From contig JAHCLO010000003.1 in NCBI GenBank assembly GCA_026125285.1, forward strand, positions 40,661 through 104,660: DNA of 64,000 bases, written 5' to 3'. Position 1 is the stretch's first letter; every line of letters starts with the position of its first letter. This DNA is from Verrucomicrobiia bacterium. GTDB lineage: Bacteria > Verrucomicrobiota > Verrucomicrobiia > Limisphaerales > JADLHS01. The notes under the pieces are model-generated. The model saw nothing but the letters and a program-made list of their open reading frames with translations, ran no database searches and was not told the origin of the DNA. Positions 34,597 through 44,461 of this stretch are shown here, in pieces. Position numbers and translations under genes: made by a program.

Positions 34597-35475
34597 ATGA
34601 AACAAACACGAACGCTCGCAAACTGGTTCATCGCCTGCGCAATCGCGTGCGCGATGGTTACGACTGCAACCGCAGAATCGGTCAAAGACCGCACCGGCAA
34701 GGTAGTAAGGATTAAAGGTGCAGCTCGTTACTCAACTGGCAACAATGTTTGGCAACCGCTCAAGGTTGGCACAGTCCTCAGATCGGGTAACGTGGTGCAA
34801 ACCGCCGCCGGCTCGTTTGTGGACATTGTGATCAATGAATCCGCTTCCGCCCCCTCACCTCGCGGTGCGGCAGCCGCGTCTCCAACCCCGCTGCACAGCC
34901 AACCGGCTTCCGCTCAGGATGTCGTGCGCGTGTTGGAAGATTCCGTGCTGGCGATTGATAAACTGACTGCGGTACAGACCGGCGCGGACAAGGTAACGGA
35001 AACGCAACTTGACCTTCGCAGCGGCAAGATTTTTGGCACGGTTAAGAAGATGTCTGCGGCTTCGAGATTCGAAGTGAAGATTCCCAACGGCGTGGCCGGT
35101 GTCCGCGGAACGGTCTATTTCATCAGTGCCGACGGCGTGATCTCGGTGGTGAGCGGTTCAATGGTACTGGCTTACACCAAAGGTGACGAAGTAGTTACGC
35201 AGGTGATCTCAAGCGGTTGGCAGTTTGATACGCGCACGGGCCAGTTGACGCCGATTCCGCCAGGCGCCATGGCGCAGTTCCGCGAATGGTTGTCGGAAAC
35301 ACGCTACGTGGACTATATCGTGCCTCAGATACCGCGAGATTACACGGTTTATCCTGTGTCCATCCATGACCGTGGCGATTCCAGTACTGGCAACGGCACC
35401 GATGGTGGCGGAGGAACTGGCAATAATGGCGAGACCGGAGGTGAAACCGGTGGAGAACCTAATGGAGGTTCGTAA
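34597..35475 (+). CDS. secreted FecR-domain protein
   Basis: Signal peptide; ...KVVRIKGAARYSTGNNVWQPLKVGTVLRSGNVVQTAAGSFVDIV... and ...FEVKIPNGVAGVRGTVYFISADG (FecR-like beta-rich pattern); Gly-rich tail. Confidence 0.65.
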   Translation: MKQTRTLANWFIACAIACAMVTTATAESVKDRTGKVVRIKGAARYSTGNNVWQPLKVGTVLRSGNVVQTAAGSFVDIVINESASAPSPRGAAAASPTPLHSQPASAQDVVRVLEDSVLAIDKLTAVQTGADKVTETQLDLRSGKIFGTVKKMSAASRFEVKIPNGVAGVRGTVYFISADGVISVVSGSMVLAYTKGDEVVTQVISSGWQFDTRTGQLTPIPPGAMAQFREWLSETRYVDYIVPQIPRDYTVYPVSIHDRGDSSTGNGTDGGGGTGNNGETGGETGGEPNGGS

Positions 35476-35501
35476 CAAAAGGTCGTAGTCTGAATTTCCA
35501 A

Positions 35502-35540
35502 AACCAGAGCAGCCTTGAGTTGCTCTGGTTTTTTCGTTTT
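35502..35540 (+). terminator. rho-independent terminator-like hairpin
   Basis: AACCAGAGCA (35502-35511) / TGCTCTGGTT (35521-35530), 10-bp stem, 9-nt loop, followed by TTTTCGTTTT. Confidence 0.6.
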
Positions 35541-35551
35541 GTTCAGCGCCG

Positions 35552-37855
35552 GTGAAGCTCACGCCCTACAAACCGGCCCCGGTATTGATCACCGCGTGCG
35601 TGATCCTGCTGGTAATCCTGCTCCGGGTGCTTCATTTGGACCTGTTCGACCGCTTGGAACGCATGACTTACGACATGCGCGTTCGTGCGGCACTGAAGTT
35701 TTCTCAGCCCTCGGCCACGAATCTTGGTTTCGTTTACATAGATGAGGAGAGCATTGACCAGGTGCGCACCAATGCGGTTGGATTCAGATTCGGCTTGTAC
35801 TGGCCGCGGCAGGTTTACGGAAGACTGATTCAAGAGCTTGCCTTGCAGGGGGCCAAGGCGGTTGCCTTCGACGTGGTTTTCGGTGAGTTGCGCCAGGATC
35901 ATGCGTCGGTGGAAATGGCTGACGGCAGCTTCATCGAGTCGGACGAATTCTTCGCACGGCAGATGCGACAGGCTGAAAACGTAATCCTCGCCACCACGTC
36001 GGACCTCGAAATGCCGGTTCTATTCGCCAGCAATGCCGCCGCCGTCGGTGATATTACCACGGACAAAGACTCGGACGGGATTCTGCGGCGTGCCAAGGCG
36101 TTTCGCATCCAGCGACATTGGCATGCAGCCTTTCGCCAGGTGGCGGCTGACCCCGAATACGGCATTGATCTCAGCCGCGCCCGGATTGAGCCAGGGCGGA
36201 TTGTGCTGCCGCAAGCCAACGGTGATGAAGTCGAAATCCCAGTGGACCAGGACAACAATTTCGATCTGGCTGATTTCGGCACCCCGCCTCCAGGTGTGCC
36301 TCCGACTGCGCGCGCGTTCACCGAGGAGCGGATTTGGCACATGGGCATCGTTCTCGCCGCCCAGGAAATGGGCCTGGACTTGGAAAGCGCAGAGATTGCG
36401 CTTGATCGTGGGCGCATCACCCTGCGCGCTCCTGACGGTGTGCAACGGGTAATCCCGGTGGATGCGGGCGGCTATTTCTATGTGGACTGGCGGTTGCCAC
36501 CGACTGCCGCGGCACTCGAACGAGAACCGATTCATTCGTTGCTCGCACAGTATAAGCGCCGGATTGATGGCGAGCCCGTTGAATTCCGTGATAACTGGAG
36601 GGACAAACTCGTCGTGGTTGGCTCGAACGTCCGCAGCGGCAACGATCTGACTGATCGGGGGGCCACCCCGCTGGAAAAGGACACCTTGCTGGTGAGCAAG
36701 CACTGGAATGTAGCAAACTCCATCATCACCGGGCGTTTTGTGCAGCGAACCTCATTGGCGACTGATTGCGCGCTGATCGCCTTGCTGAGTGTGGTGACGG
36801 CCGTGCTGACTTGGCGACTTCGCGTGTTTTCAGCTGCCGGGGGCATTGTTTTTCTGGCTTTGGCCTACGGCGGTGCGGCCTTCTTCCTCTATGCCCAAAG
36901 CGGTTATTGGTTGCCCTTGGTTCTGCCCATTATCGGCGCGGTTCTCGTTGAGCATGGCCTGCTGGTCACTTATCGCGTCGTCTTTGAACAGCGCGAACAG
37001 CGCCGCGTGAAATCTGTGTTTGCCCGAGTGGTATCGCCGAATGTCGCCAGCGAATTGCTGGGCATGGAACGGCTGGCGCTGGGTGGCGCACGGCGCGACG
37101 TCACCGTGCTGTTCGCCGACGTACGCGGGTTCACGGAATTGACTGACACGTCGCATGAAAACGTGGCTGCCTACGTACGCGAGCATCAACTGGCCGGCGA
37201 GGCGGCGGAGTTATGTTTTGACGAAGCCGCGCGTGAGACGCTGAACACCGTGAATCTGTATTTGGCCCGAGTGGCCGATTCGGTCAAACAACATAACGGC
37301 ACGCTCGACAAGTACATTGGTGATTGCGTGATGGCATTCTGGGGTGCGCCCACTCCCAACCCCCAACACGCGGTGGCTTGCGTGCGCTCCGCCATAGACG
37401 CCCAACGCGCCATTCATGAACTGAATCAGCGGCGCACGGAACAAAACCGTCTGTTGCAACAGGAGAATCAGGCGCGTATTTCCGCTGGCCTGCCGCCCAA
37501 ACCACTGCACGCGACCCTGGCGCTCGGCACCGGCATCAATAGCGGCCCCGTTACCGTGGGTTTGATGGGCTCCGACGCGCACATCTACAACTACACGGTC
37601 TTTGGTCGCGAAGTTAATCTGGCCAGCCGGCTTGAGACAGTATCCGGTCGTGGGCGTATTGTGATAAGTGAAGCCACCTATCAGTCTTTGCAGCGAGATG
37701 ATCCGGCACTGGCCGCGACCTGCATCGAACTGCCGCCCGCCACCGTCAAAGGCTTCCGTACGGCCATCAAGAATTACGAAGTGCCCTGGTTGCCCGTGAC
37801 GGACGCTCACGCCCCGGCTCAGATCATGCCGCGTTCGACTCCGTCAGGGGAGTAA
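35552..37855 (+). CDS. CHASE2 sensor domain / class III adenylate (guanylate) cyclase
   Basis: GTG start; N-terminal TM + large periplasmic region + 3 TM (CHASE2 layout); catalytic VTVLFADVRGFTELTD, KYIGDCVMAFWGAP, GINSGPVTVGLMG, YTVFGREVNLASRLE. Confidence 0.85.
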   Translation: MKLTPYKPAPVLITACVILLVILLRVLHLDLFDRLERMTYDMRVRAALKFSQPSATNLGFVYIDEESIDQVRTNAVGFRFGLYWPRQVYGRLIQELALQGAKAVAFDVVFGELRQDHASVEMADGSFIESDEFFARQMRQAENVILATTSDLEMPVLFASNAAAVGDITTDKDSDGILRRAKAFRIQRHWHAAFRQVAADPEYGIDLSRARIEPGRIVLPQANGDEVEIPVDQDNNFDLADFGTPPPGVPPTARAFTEERIWHMGIVLAAQEMGLDLESAEIALDRGRITLRAPDGVQRVIPVDAGGYFYVDWRLPPTAAALEREPIHSLLAQYKRRIDGEPVEFRDNWRDKLVVVGSNVRSGNDLTDRGATPLEKDTLLVSKHWNVANSIITGRFVQRTSLATDCALIALLSVVTAVLTWRLRVFSAAGGIVFLALAYGGAAFFLYAQSGYWLPLVLPIIGAVLVEHGLLVTYRVVFEQREQRRVKSVFARVVSPNVASELLGMERLALGGARRDVTVLFADVRGFTELTDTSHENVAAYVREHQLAGEAAELCFDEAARETLNTVNLYLARVADSVKQHNGTLDKYIGDCVMAFWGAPTPNPQHAVACVRSAIDAQRAIHELNQRRTEQNRLLQQENQARISAGLPPKPLHATLALGTGINSGPVTVGLMGSDAHIYNYTVFGREVNLASRLETVSGRGRIVISEATYQSLQRDDPALAATCIELPPATVKGFRTAIKNYEVPWLPVTDAHAPAQIMPRSTPSGE

Positions 37856-37927
37856 ACGCGCCGCACGCAAGGCGCTGGCCGCGCTTTTCTTCCTCGTCAT
37901 TCAACCCGTGCTTGCTACATTGCGGCC

Positions 37928-38425
37928 ATGCGCACGGTGATTTACCCCGGCAGTTTTGACCCGCTGACCAACGGCCATCTGGACGTGGTCCAGCGGGCCG
38001 CCAAGCTGTTTGACCGGGTAGTGGTGGCTGTGGCCAAAAGCGAGGATAAGCGTCCGCTGTTCACGCTGGATGAAAGATTGGCTCTGGTGGAGCGTTCCGT
38101 GAAAAACCTACCCAACGTCAAGGCCGACGCGTTTGACGGCCTGCTCATCCACTACGTTGAGAAGCAAGGCGCACTGGCCGTGGTGCGCGGATTGCGCGCC
38201 GTTTCAGACTTTGAATTTGAATTCCAACTGGCGTTGATGAACCGCAAGTTGAACGAACGCGTGGAAACGATCTTCATGATGCCCAAGGACACCTACACTT
38301 TCCTCAGTTCGCGGATCGTGAAGGAAATCGCGCGTTTGGGCGGAGATGTCAGCGCCTTCGTGCCGGCCCATGTGCGGCAGGCTTTGTCGGCCAAACTGGC
38401 CGCTCTGCCAGTCCAGGAGAACTGA
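37928..38425 (+). CDS. coaD: phosphopantetheine adenylyltransferase
   Basis: VIYPGSFDPLTNGHLDVVQRA, ...RGLRAVSDFEFEFQLALMN... Confidence 0.9.
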   Translation: MRTVIYPGSFDPLTNGHLDVVQRAAKLFDRVVVAVAKSEDKRPLFTLDERLALVERSVKNLPNVKADAFDGLLIHYVEKQGALAVVRGLRAVSDFEFEFQLALMNRKLNERVETIFMMPKDTYTFLSSRIVKEIARLGGDVSAFVPAHVRQALSAKLAALPVQEN

Positions 38426-38429
38426 ATCC

Positions 38430-38912
38430 ATGTCGTTGCTCGTCAACCTGTGCCATCTGCTTGAGCGCGAACTTGTCTTACGAGGTGAGTTGCCGAGCGA
38501 TGAGTTGGACCTCGAAACCTTGGACGACCTGATTCAGGTGGACGGCCCGGTTCGCTACGAGTTGGAGGTTCAGAAACTTGATCAGAGTCTGTTGATATGC
38601 GGGGACTTGCGCGTGAAACTTGCCTGCCAATGCGCGCGCTGCCTCAAGTCCTTTCAACGTATGCTGGAGCTCCCAGGATGGACCTGCCACCTGCCATTGG
38701 CGGGCGAGGAACGTGTCATCGTGGCCAACGACTGCGTGGACTTGACGCCCTATATCCGCGAAGATATTCTCCTTGAGCTTCCGCAGCATCCGTTGTGCAA
38801 GCCGGAGTGTCGGGGGTTGCAGCAGAAACTGACCTCAACCAAAAAACAAAACAGCGGCCGGAGAGCAACAGGTTCTTCCCATTGGGCCGAATTGGACAAA
38901 CTGAAACTTTAG
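38430..38912 (+). CDS. yceD: YceD/DUF177 family protein
   Basis: Start trimmed to MSLLVNLCHLLE; CQCARCLKSF ... PLCKPECRGL cysteine pairs; canonical position upstream of rpmF-plsX-fabH. Confidence 0.7.
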   Translation: MSLLVNLCHLLERELVLRGELPSDELDLETLDDLIQVDGPVRYELEVQKLDQSLLICGDLRVKLACQCARCLKSFQRMLELPGWTCHLPLAGEERVIVANDCVDLTPYIREDILLELPQHPLCKPECRGLQQKLTSTKKQNSGRRATGSSHWAELDKLKL

Positions 38913-38925
38913 AATCGAGTGAATT

Positions 38926-39114
38926 ATGGGTGTTCCCAAGCGTAAACCTTCGCGAAGCCGCCAGCGTATGCGCCGTGCGTACAACAGCGTGCTCAAGCTT
39001 CCTCAACTCAGCACCTGCCCGCAGTGCGCTTCTCCCTATGTTCCCCACCGGGTTTGCCCGGCCTGCGGTTATTACAAGGGACGTCAGGTTTTGACCATTA
39101 CGGCCGGCACCTGA
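38926..39114 (+). CDS. rpmF: 50S ribosomal protein L32
   Basis: MGVPKRKPSRSRQRMRRA...CPQCASPYVPHRVCPACGYYKGRQV. Confidence 0.9.
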   Translation: MGVPKRKPSRSRQRMRRAYNSVLKLPQLSTCPQCASPYVPHRVCPACGYYKGRQVLTITAGT

Positions 39115-39154
39115 CCGCCGCGGCGCCACACCGGCGTTTCCGCGAGTCATAGCT

Positions 39155-40192
39155 ATGCGCATCGCAGTGGATGTCATGGGTGGCGACCACGGCTGCGGGG
39201 TGGTCATCCAGGGTGTTAAACTCGCCCTCCAAGCCGACGACCGCATTGCCGCCATCCTCCTGGTCGGCCAGCAAGACCAAATCCGTACTGCGCTTGCTGA
39301 AGCCGGTCTGCAGGACGATCGCATCTCCGTGGTCCACGCCAGCGAAGTCCTGACCATGGACGACAAACCGCTGGAAGGCATCCGGCGGAAGAAAGATTCC
39401 TCCATGGTCCGCGCCATTGATCTGGCGCGGGAGGACAAGGCGGACGCCATCATCTCTCCCGGCAACACCGGTGCCCTCGTGGCCGGCTCCATGAAACTGC
39501 GCCGGCTGGAAGGCGTGGAGCGTCCGGCCATCGCCGCGCGAATGCCCTCGCGCAACAGCGACTTCGTGCTTCTGGACGCCGGCGCCAACCCCGTTTGCGA
39601 ACCTCTGCATCTGGCCCAATTCGCGGTTATGGGGAGCGTTTACGCCCGCGAAATCCTCGGCCTTGAGAAGCCCCGCGTCGGCGTGTTGAGCAACGGTTCG
39701 GAATCGAGCAAGGGGAACGAGTTGACCCGCGAAGCCGCGCGGCGGTGCGCCCAACTCGATTTGAATTTCATCGGCTACGTGGAGGGTTTCCATCTTTTCG
39801 AGGATGCGGTGGACGTGGTGGTGGCCGACGGGTTCACCGGCAACGTGGTGTTGAAGACGGCGGAGAGCTTGGGTTACGCCATGATGCATCTGCTCAAGCG
39901 CGAGCTTACTGCCAGTCCCGTGCGCAAGTTCGGCGCGCTGCTTTGTCAGGACGCTTTGCGGGCGCTCAAACGCCGCTTGGACCCGGAAGTTTATGGCGGA
40001 GCCGTCTTGTTGGGACTCAATGGCAACGTGATCAAAGCCCACGGTTCGGCCCGGGAGCGCGCCATTATGAACGCCATCCGGGTGGCGGCCGAAGAAATCC
40101 GGCACGGCGTTAATCAAATCATTTCCGAAAAGATCGCGCGGGCGAACGAACGCCTGGCCACCGCCACCGCGCCCGTTTCCCTTGCCACATGA
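39155..40192 (+). CDS. plsX: phosphate acyltransferase PlsX
   Basis: MRIAVDVMGGDHG, ISPGNTGALVA, FIGYVEG, DGFTGNVVLKT. Confidence 0.9.
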   Translation: MRIAVDVMGGDHGCGVVIQGVKLALQADDRIAAILLVGQQDQIRTALAEAGLQDDRISVVHASEVLTMDDKPLEGIRRKKDSSMVRAIDLAREDKADAIISPGNTGALVAGSMKLRRLEGVERPAIAARMPSRNSDFVLLDAGANPVCEPLHLAQFAVMGSVYAREILGLEKPRVGVLSNGSESSKGNELTREAARRCAQLDLNFIGYVEGFHLFEDAVDVVVADGFTGNVVLKTAESLGYAMMHLLKRELTASPVRKFGALLCQDALRALKRRLDPEVYGGAVLLGLNGNVIKAHGSARERAIMNAIRVAAEEIRHGVNQIISEKIARANERLATATAPVSLAT

Positions 40193-41226
40193 GCCCTTCA
40201 AGTTCTCCCAAATTCAAGAATCCACGGGCTCGCCATAATTTCCAAGGACGGACCGGTTCCATCACCGGCGTGGGCGCCTACGTGCCCACCCGGGTGCTGA
40301 CCAATTCCGACTTGGAGAAGATGGTGGACACTTCCGACGAATGGATCACCACCCGAACCGGAATCAAGGAACGCCGCATCGCTGCTGCCGATGAGTTCAC
40401 CTCCGACATGGCCAGCAAGGCAGCTCAACGCGCGATGAAGGCCGCCGGTGTCACAGGTGAACAGATTGACCTCATCATCGTAGCCACGATCACGCCGGAT
40501 ATGGTGTTTCCATCCACCGCCTGTCTCGTGCAGCAGAAGATCGGTGCGCGGCGTGCCGCCGCCTTCGATCTCGAAGCCGCTTGTTCCGGCTTCATCTACG
40601 GACTCGAAATCGCCCAGCAGTTCATCATGTCGCAGACCTACGACACCGTGCTCGTCATCGGCGCGGAGAAACTCTCCTCCATCGTGGATTGGAAGGACCG
40701 CAACACCTGCGTCCTTTTCGGCGACGGGGCGGGAGCTGCCATACTGCAGAACCGCGCAAATTCGCATGGACTGCTCACCGCGGTGATGGGTGCGGACGGC
40801 GACAAGTCCGATCTGTTGTACATGCCCGGTGGCGGCAGCCGCTGTCCGGCCTCGATGGAATCAGTCTCCGGGCGGCTGCATTTCCTGCGCATGGAAGGCA
40901 AGGAAACCTTCAAGCACGCGGTTCAGGCCATGGTCAAAGCCGCCAAGGAAACGCTGCGCCGTTGCGAGGTCAATATCTCCCAGGTCAAATGCATTATCCC
41001 GCATCAAGCGAACCGACGTATCATTGATGCGGTGGGGGAAAGACTGGGTGCGACGCCGGGGCAGCTCTTCGTCAATCTGGATCGTTACGGGAACACCTCG
41101 GCGGCGTCTGTCGCCATCGCGTTGGACGAGGCGGTGAACTCCGGTCGGATTCAGCGCGGCGAACTGATCCTGCTGGTGGTTTTTGGTGGCGGGCTCACCT
41201 GGGGCGCGGCGCTGATTGAGTGGTGA
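40189..41226 (+). CDS. fabH: 3-oxoacyl-ACP synthase III
   Basis: TSDEWITTRTGIKERR, active-site AACSGFIYGL, IPHQANRRI, GNTSAASV; ATGA overlap with plsX. Confidence 0.9.
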   Translation: MSPSSSPKFKNPRARHNFQGRTGSITGVGAYVPTRVLTNSDLEKMVDTSDEWITTRTGIKERRIAAADEFTSDMASKAAQRAMKAAGVTGEQIDLIIVATITPDMVFPSTACLVQQKIGARRAAAFDLEAACSGFIYGLEIAQQFIMSQTYDTVLVIGAEKLSSIVDWKDRNTCVLFGDGAGAAILQNRANSHGLLTAVMGADGDKSDLLYMPGGGSRCPASMESVSGRLHFLRMEGKETFKHAVQAMVKAAKETLRRCEVNISQVKCIIPHQANRRIIDAVGERLGATPGQLFVNLDRYGNTSAASVAIALDEAVNSGRIQRGELILLVVFGGGLTWGAALIEW

Positions 41227-41616
41227 ACGCAACCAACGACCGATTGTTCTGCCAACCGGACGGTTGGCTGCGACGCCCTGCGATGGCCGAACCGGATTGT
41301 TCAAGCGACTCACCAACCGCCGCAAATCCAACGGGTGAGCGGGCAACGCCCCACAATCGAATGTCGGCGTTGGGGTTAAATTTGGTGGAAGCCCCTGCCG
41401 CGTGAACGCGTCGGGCTATCCCTGCCAATGTTCGACTCGTTAAACGACAGAACAAGAAGGCGGGAAGTGCCCATGGACGCAAGGCGGGTTCGGGATCAGT
41501 CGCTCGCAGGATTATCGCCACGCAAGTTCCGCAATGGCTCGCGCCCGTGTGTGGCAGGCAGCCGAGCCAGGTCTGAACTCAACTCTCGAAGCCCACGCAG
41601 CCAATTGACCCAAACG

Positions 41617-42171
41617 TCATTTGAAGATGACACTCGCTGTGGAATCCTCGCGGTAAGTGACTTCGCGTCCGGGCGTCCATTCGCCGTTCTTGAAGTACTC
41701 GGTCTTGGTGTAGAGCGTTCCGTCGGGGCGCACCTCCGCAGTGCTGCGAACTTCAGTGATGCCGCCGGCGTTTCCGGTAACCGTTTCATGCGAATGGACC
41801 TTGCCATCCTTAAAGGTCATCGTCCCTGCGGTCCGAAAACCCGCCGTGGTGAAATAGTGGTAGGCTACGGTCTTCTTCTCCTCGTCCCACATCACGATGG
41901 ATTCGCCGCCATAAGCCCCGTCGTTGACCGAATGTAGAACGCGAACCGCCTTTCCATTCAATGCGCGCTCCCAGCGCGAAACATCCACGATGGGTTTGTC
42001 GGGGGTGGAATTCTTGAATTCTCCCTTCCAGGTTTTCCCCAACCAAGGCCGCAGCGGCTCCAGGTTTGGATCAAGCGAAGGTTGTTCCGACGCCAGGAGA
42101 TTCAGCGCCAGGCCAAACGCGCCGACCCACGCAAGCCAGCGGCGACGAGAGTTGAACAGTTCGGTTTTCAT
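41617..42171 (-). CDS. secreted hypothetical protein
   Basis: 184 aa, signal peptide ...WLAWVGAFGLALNLLA; beta-rich; family not recognised. Confidence 0.55.
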   Translation of the reverse strand: MKTELFNSRRRWLAWVGAFGLALNLLASEQPSLDPNLEPLRPWLGKTWKGEFKNSTPDKPIVDVSRWERALNGKAVRVLHSVNDGAYGGESIVMWDEEKKTVAYHYFTTAGFRTAGTMTFKDGKVHSHETVTGNAGGITEVRSTAEVRPDGTLYTKTEYFKNGEWTPGREVTYREDSTASVIFK

Positions 42172-42243
42172 GGATGCATTCCTTTCGATACAGTTTGTTT
42201 GTCGGCACCGCGCTGGGTCCTTCTACGGCCATTCAACGCGAAA

Positions 42244-43632
42244 TCACGCGCCCGGATGACGCCACGGGGCGCGGTACGGCCGCCGCAACAGCTTTGTGGC
42301 TTCGCGGTCCCCTACCACCACGCGTTTCTTTGGATCGTAAACCACGGGCCGGCCTGTTTGCATGGCGATATTCGCAAGAATGCAACTGGCGGTGGAAATA
42401 TGGCCCTCCTCGATATCCGCCACCGGGCGACCACGCTTTTCGATGGCGTCGAGAAAATCCAGCATGTGCCGGCGCGTGGCCGGCGCGGCGTTCAGTTCAT
42501 TGTCCCTTTCTGTCACGTCTTCCGGATACTGCTCGCGTTCAAAAAGACACTCGAAACGAATGGGCTTCGCGTTGCGGTCGTGCGGGATGAAATCCGCGCG
42601 CATGGTGCTGGCCTTGAGCGTGCCCTTCTCACCGTAGATGAACCAGGCCCACGGATAATCCGGGTCCGGCGGCGTACCCCAGGTGCGGTGTTGCCACACG
42701 GCATTGAGATTATCGAACTCGAAGGTCGCCGCCTGCGTGTCCGCGATGTTGGATTTGCCATCCTTCTGCACGTAAATGCCGCCCGCCGACGTGATGCGTT
42801 TCGGCCACCCGAGGCCCAGCATCCAGCGCACGGTATCAAGCGTATGCACGCACATGTCCCCCATGATGCCGTTGCCGTATTCCATGAAGGTGCGCCACCA
42901 GCGCCGGTGCGGCAGATCATCGTAGGGCCGCAAAGGAGCGGGACCGGTCCACATCTCGTAATCCAGAAAATCCGGCACGGGCTGCACGGGTGGATTGCCG
43001 TTGGCGCGCATGTGATAATAACAGCACATCTCGACGTGGCCGATCTTCCCCAGCAGACCGGCCTCGATGATTTGCTTTTTCGCTTCGATTAGATGCGGCG
43101 TACTCTTGCGTTGCGTACCAATCTGCACCACACGCTTGTACTTGCGCGCCGCGTCCAACATCGCCTCACCTTCGCGAACGTCCACACTGATGGGCTTCTG
43201 GCAATAAACGTCCGCGCCGGCCTCGACTGCGGCAATCGCCTGCAATGCGTGCCAGTGGTCCGGCGAACCGATCACGACAATGTCGCACTGCTGTTGCTTG
43301 AGCAACTCGCGGTAGTCGTTGTAAGTCGGCGGACGCTTCTTCGATTTCTGGCGCTGGCTGGCGATCTCCACCGCTTCGGCGAGCATGTTCTTATCTGGAT
43401 CGCAGATGCCCACGATCTCGACCGGCGCCACCTGTACCAGCCGCCAGAGATCGCTCTTGCCGTACCACCCGGCACCGATCAAGCCGACGCGCCGCGGCTT
43501 GCTGTTGAGGAGGTCCAACCCGCGCGCGCCCAATGCGGACAACGCAAGTGTTGCAGACAGGCCCTGAAGAAAACGGCGGCGGCTGATATTGAAGCTCGCG
43601 CCAGAAGGAAGCGTGGCAGGCGAATTTTTCAT
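42244..43632 (-). CDS. TAT-exported Gfo/Idh/MocA-family oxidoreductase
   Basis: Start trimmed to MKNSPATLPSGASFNISRRRFLQGLSATLALSALGA (ATG rc of 43630-43632); Rossmann VGLIGAGWYG; ...DHWHALQ...EKP-like CQKPIS. Confidence 0.8.
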   Translation of the reverse strand: MKNSPATLPSGASFNISRRRFLQGLSATLALSALGARGLDLLNSKPRRVGLIGAGWYGKSDLWRLVQVAPVEIVGICDPDKNMLAEAVEIASQRQKSKKRPPTYNDYRELLKQQQCDIVVIGSPDHWHALQAIAAVEAGADVYCQKPISVDVREGEAMLDAARKYKRVVQIGTQRKSTPHLIEAKKQIIEAGLLGKIGHVEMCCYYHMRANGNPPVQPVPDFLDYEMWTGPAPLRPYDDLPHRRWWRTFMEYGNGIMGDMCVHTLDTVRWMLGLGWPKRITSAGGIYVQKDGKSNIADTQAATFEFDNLNAVWQHRTWGTPPDPDYPWAWFIYGEKGTLKASTMRADFIPHDRNAKPIRFECLFEREQYPEDVTERDNELNAAPATRRHMLDFLDAIEKRGRPVADIEEGHISTASCILANIAMQTGRPVVYDPKKRVVVGDREATKLLRRPYRAPWRHPGA

Positions 43633-43750
43633 GGCCCGAGTATTAACCACAAGCCGCGCCTGGCGCAACCATGCTCTGCGCGGTCTCGCCCTAGTCAATC
43701 CGCCGCCGACTTATGCGATCCACCTCCATCAAGCGCGCCACCAGTTGCGC

Positions 43751-44461
43751 TCAACGCCCCAGTTTTTGGAAGCGCACAATGTAATTCTGCTGGAGCAGGT
43801 CCACCTCGCCGACCTTGCGGAATCCCACGGCTTCAATCTCGCGTTCAAACACCTCCTGGCCCGCGCGGACGTGATTCATCGTCCACTCCGAACTGATGCC
43901 GGGAATACGTTTGAAATCCACCAAGACTACTTCGCCACCGCGGCGCAGGGCGCGGTGCAAGGAGGTCATGGTGCTCTGCGGAAACTCGAAATGATGATAG
44001 GTATCGCAGATGAACGCGACGTCCACCGAGTTCGGCGGCAACGCCACGCTCCGCTCGGTGCAAACTACCGCGCGCACGTTGTTCAAACCAGCGGCCCGAG
44101 ACCGCTGCTCGATGTGTTTCACAAAACCCGGGGCAATGTCCACCGCGTAAACCGTTCCTTTCGCGCCGACCGCCTCGGCAAACAGTGGCGTGAACAAGCC
44201 CGTTCCAGCGCCGATATCCGCCACACTCATGCCGGGACGTAGTCCGACTGCTTTCGCAATGGCGGCGCGCTGGTCGTAAATTTCCCGTCCTTCCCGTTCA
44301 AACCGCTCGACCCATTGCGTGACAGGCAAATCCGGTTTGAGAAACTCCGCGTTGACACCGGGTTTGATGCTGGACTCCGCCGGTGACGGCGCGGGTGCGC
44401 GGCAAGCCGTCAACGCGGTAATCGCCAGCGTTGCCAGGAGCAGGTTACAGGTTTTCTTCAT
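43751..44461 (-). CDS. class I SAM-dependent methyltransferase with lipoprotein-type signal
   Basis: MKKTCNLLLATLAITALTAC lipobox; SAM motif I VADIGAGTGLFT; 236 aa. Confidence 0.7.
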   Translation of the reverse strand: MKKTCNLLLATLAITALTACRAPAPSPAESSIKPGVNAEFLKPDLPVTQWVERFEREGREIYDQRAAIAKAVGLRPGMSVADIGAGTGLFTPLFAEAVGAKGTVYAVDIAPGFVKHIEQRSRAAGLNNVRAVVCTERSVALPPNSVDVAFICDTYHHFEFPQSTMTSLHRALRRGGEVVLVDFKRIPGISSEWTMNHVRAGQEVFEREIEAVGFRKVGEVDLLQQNYIVRFQKLGR

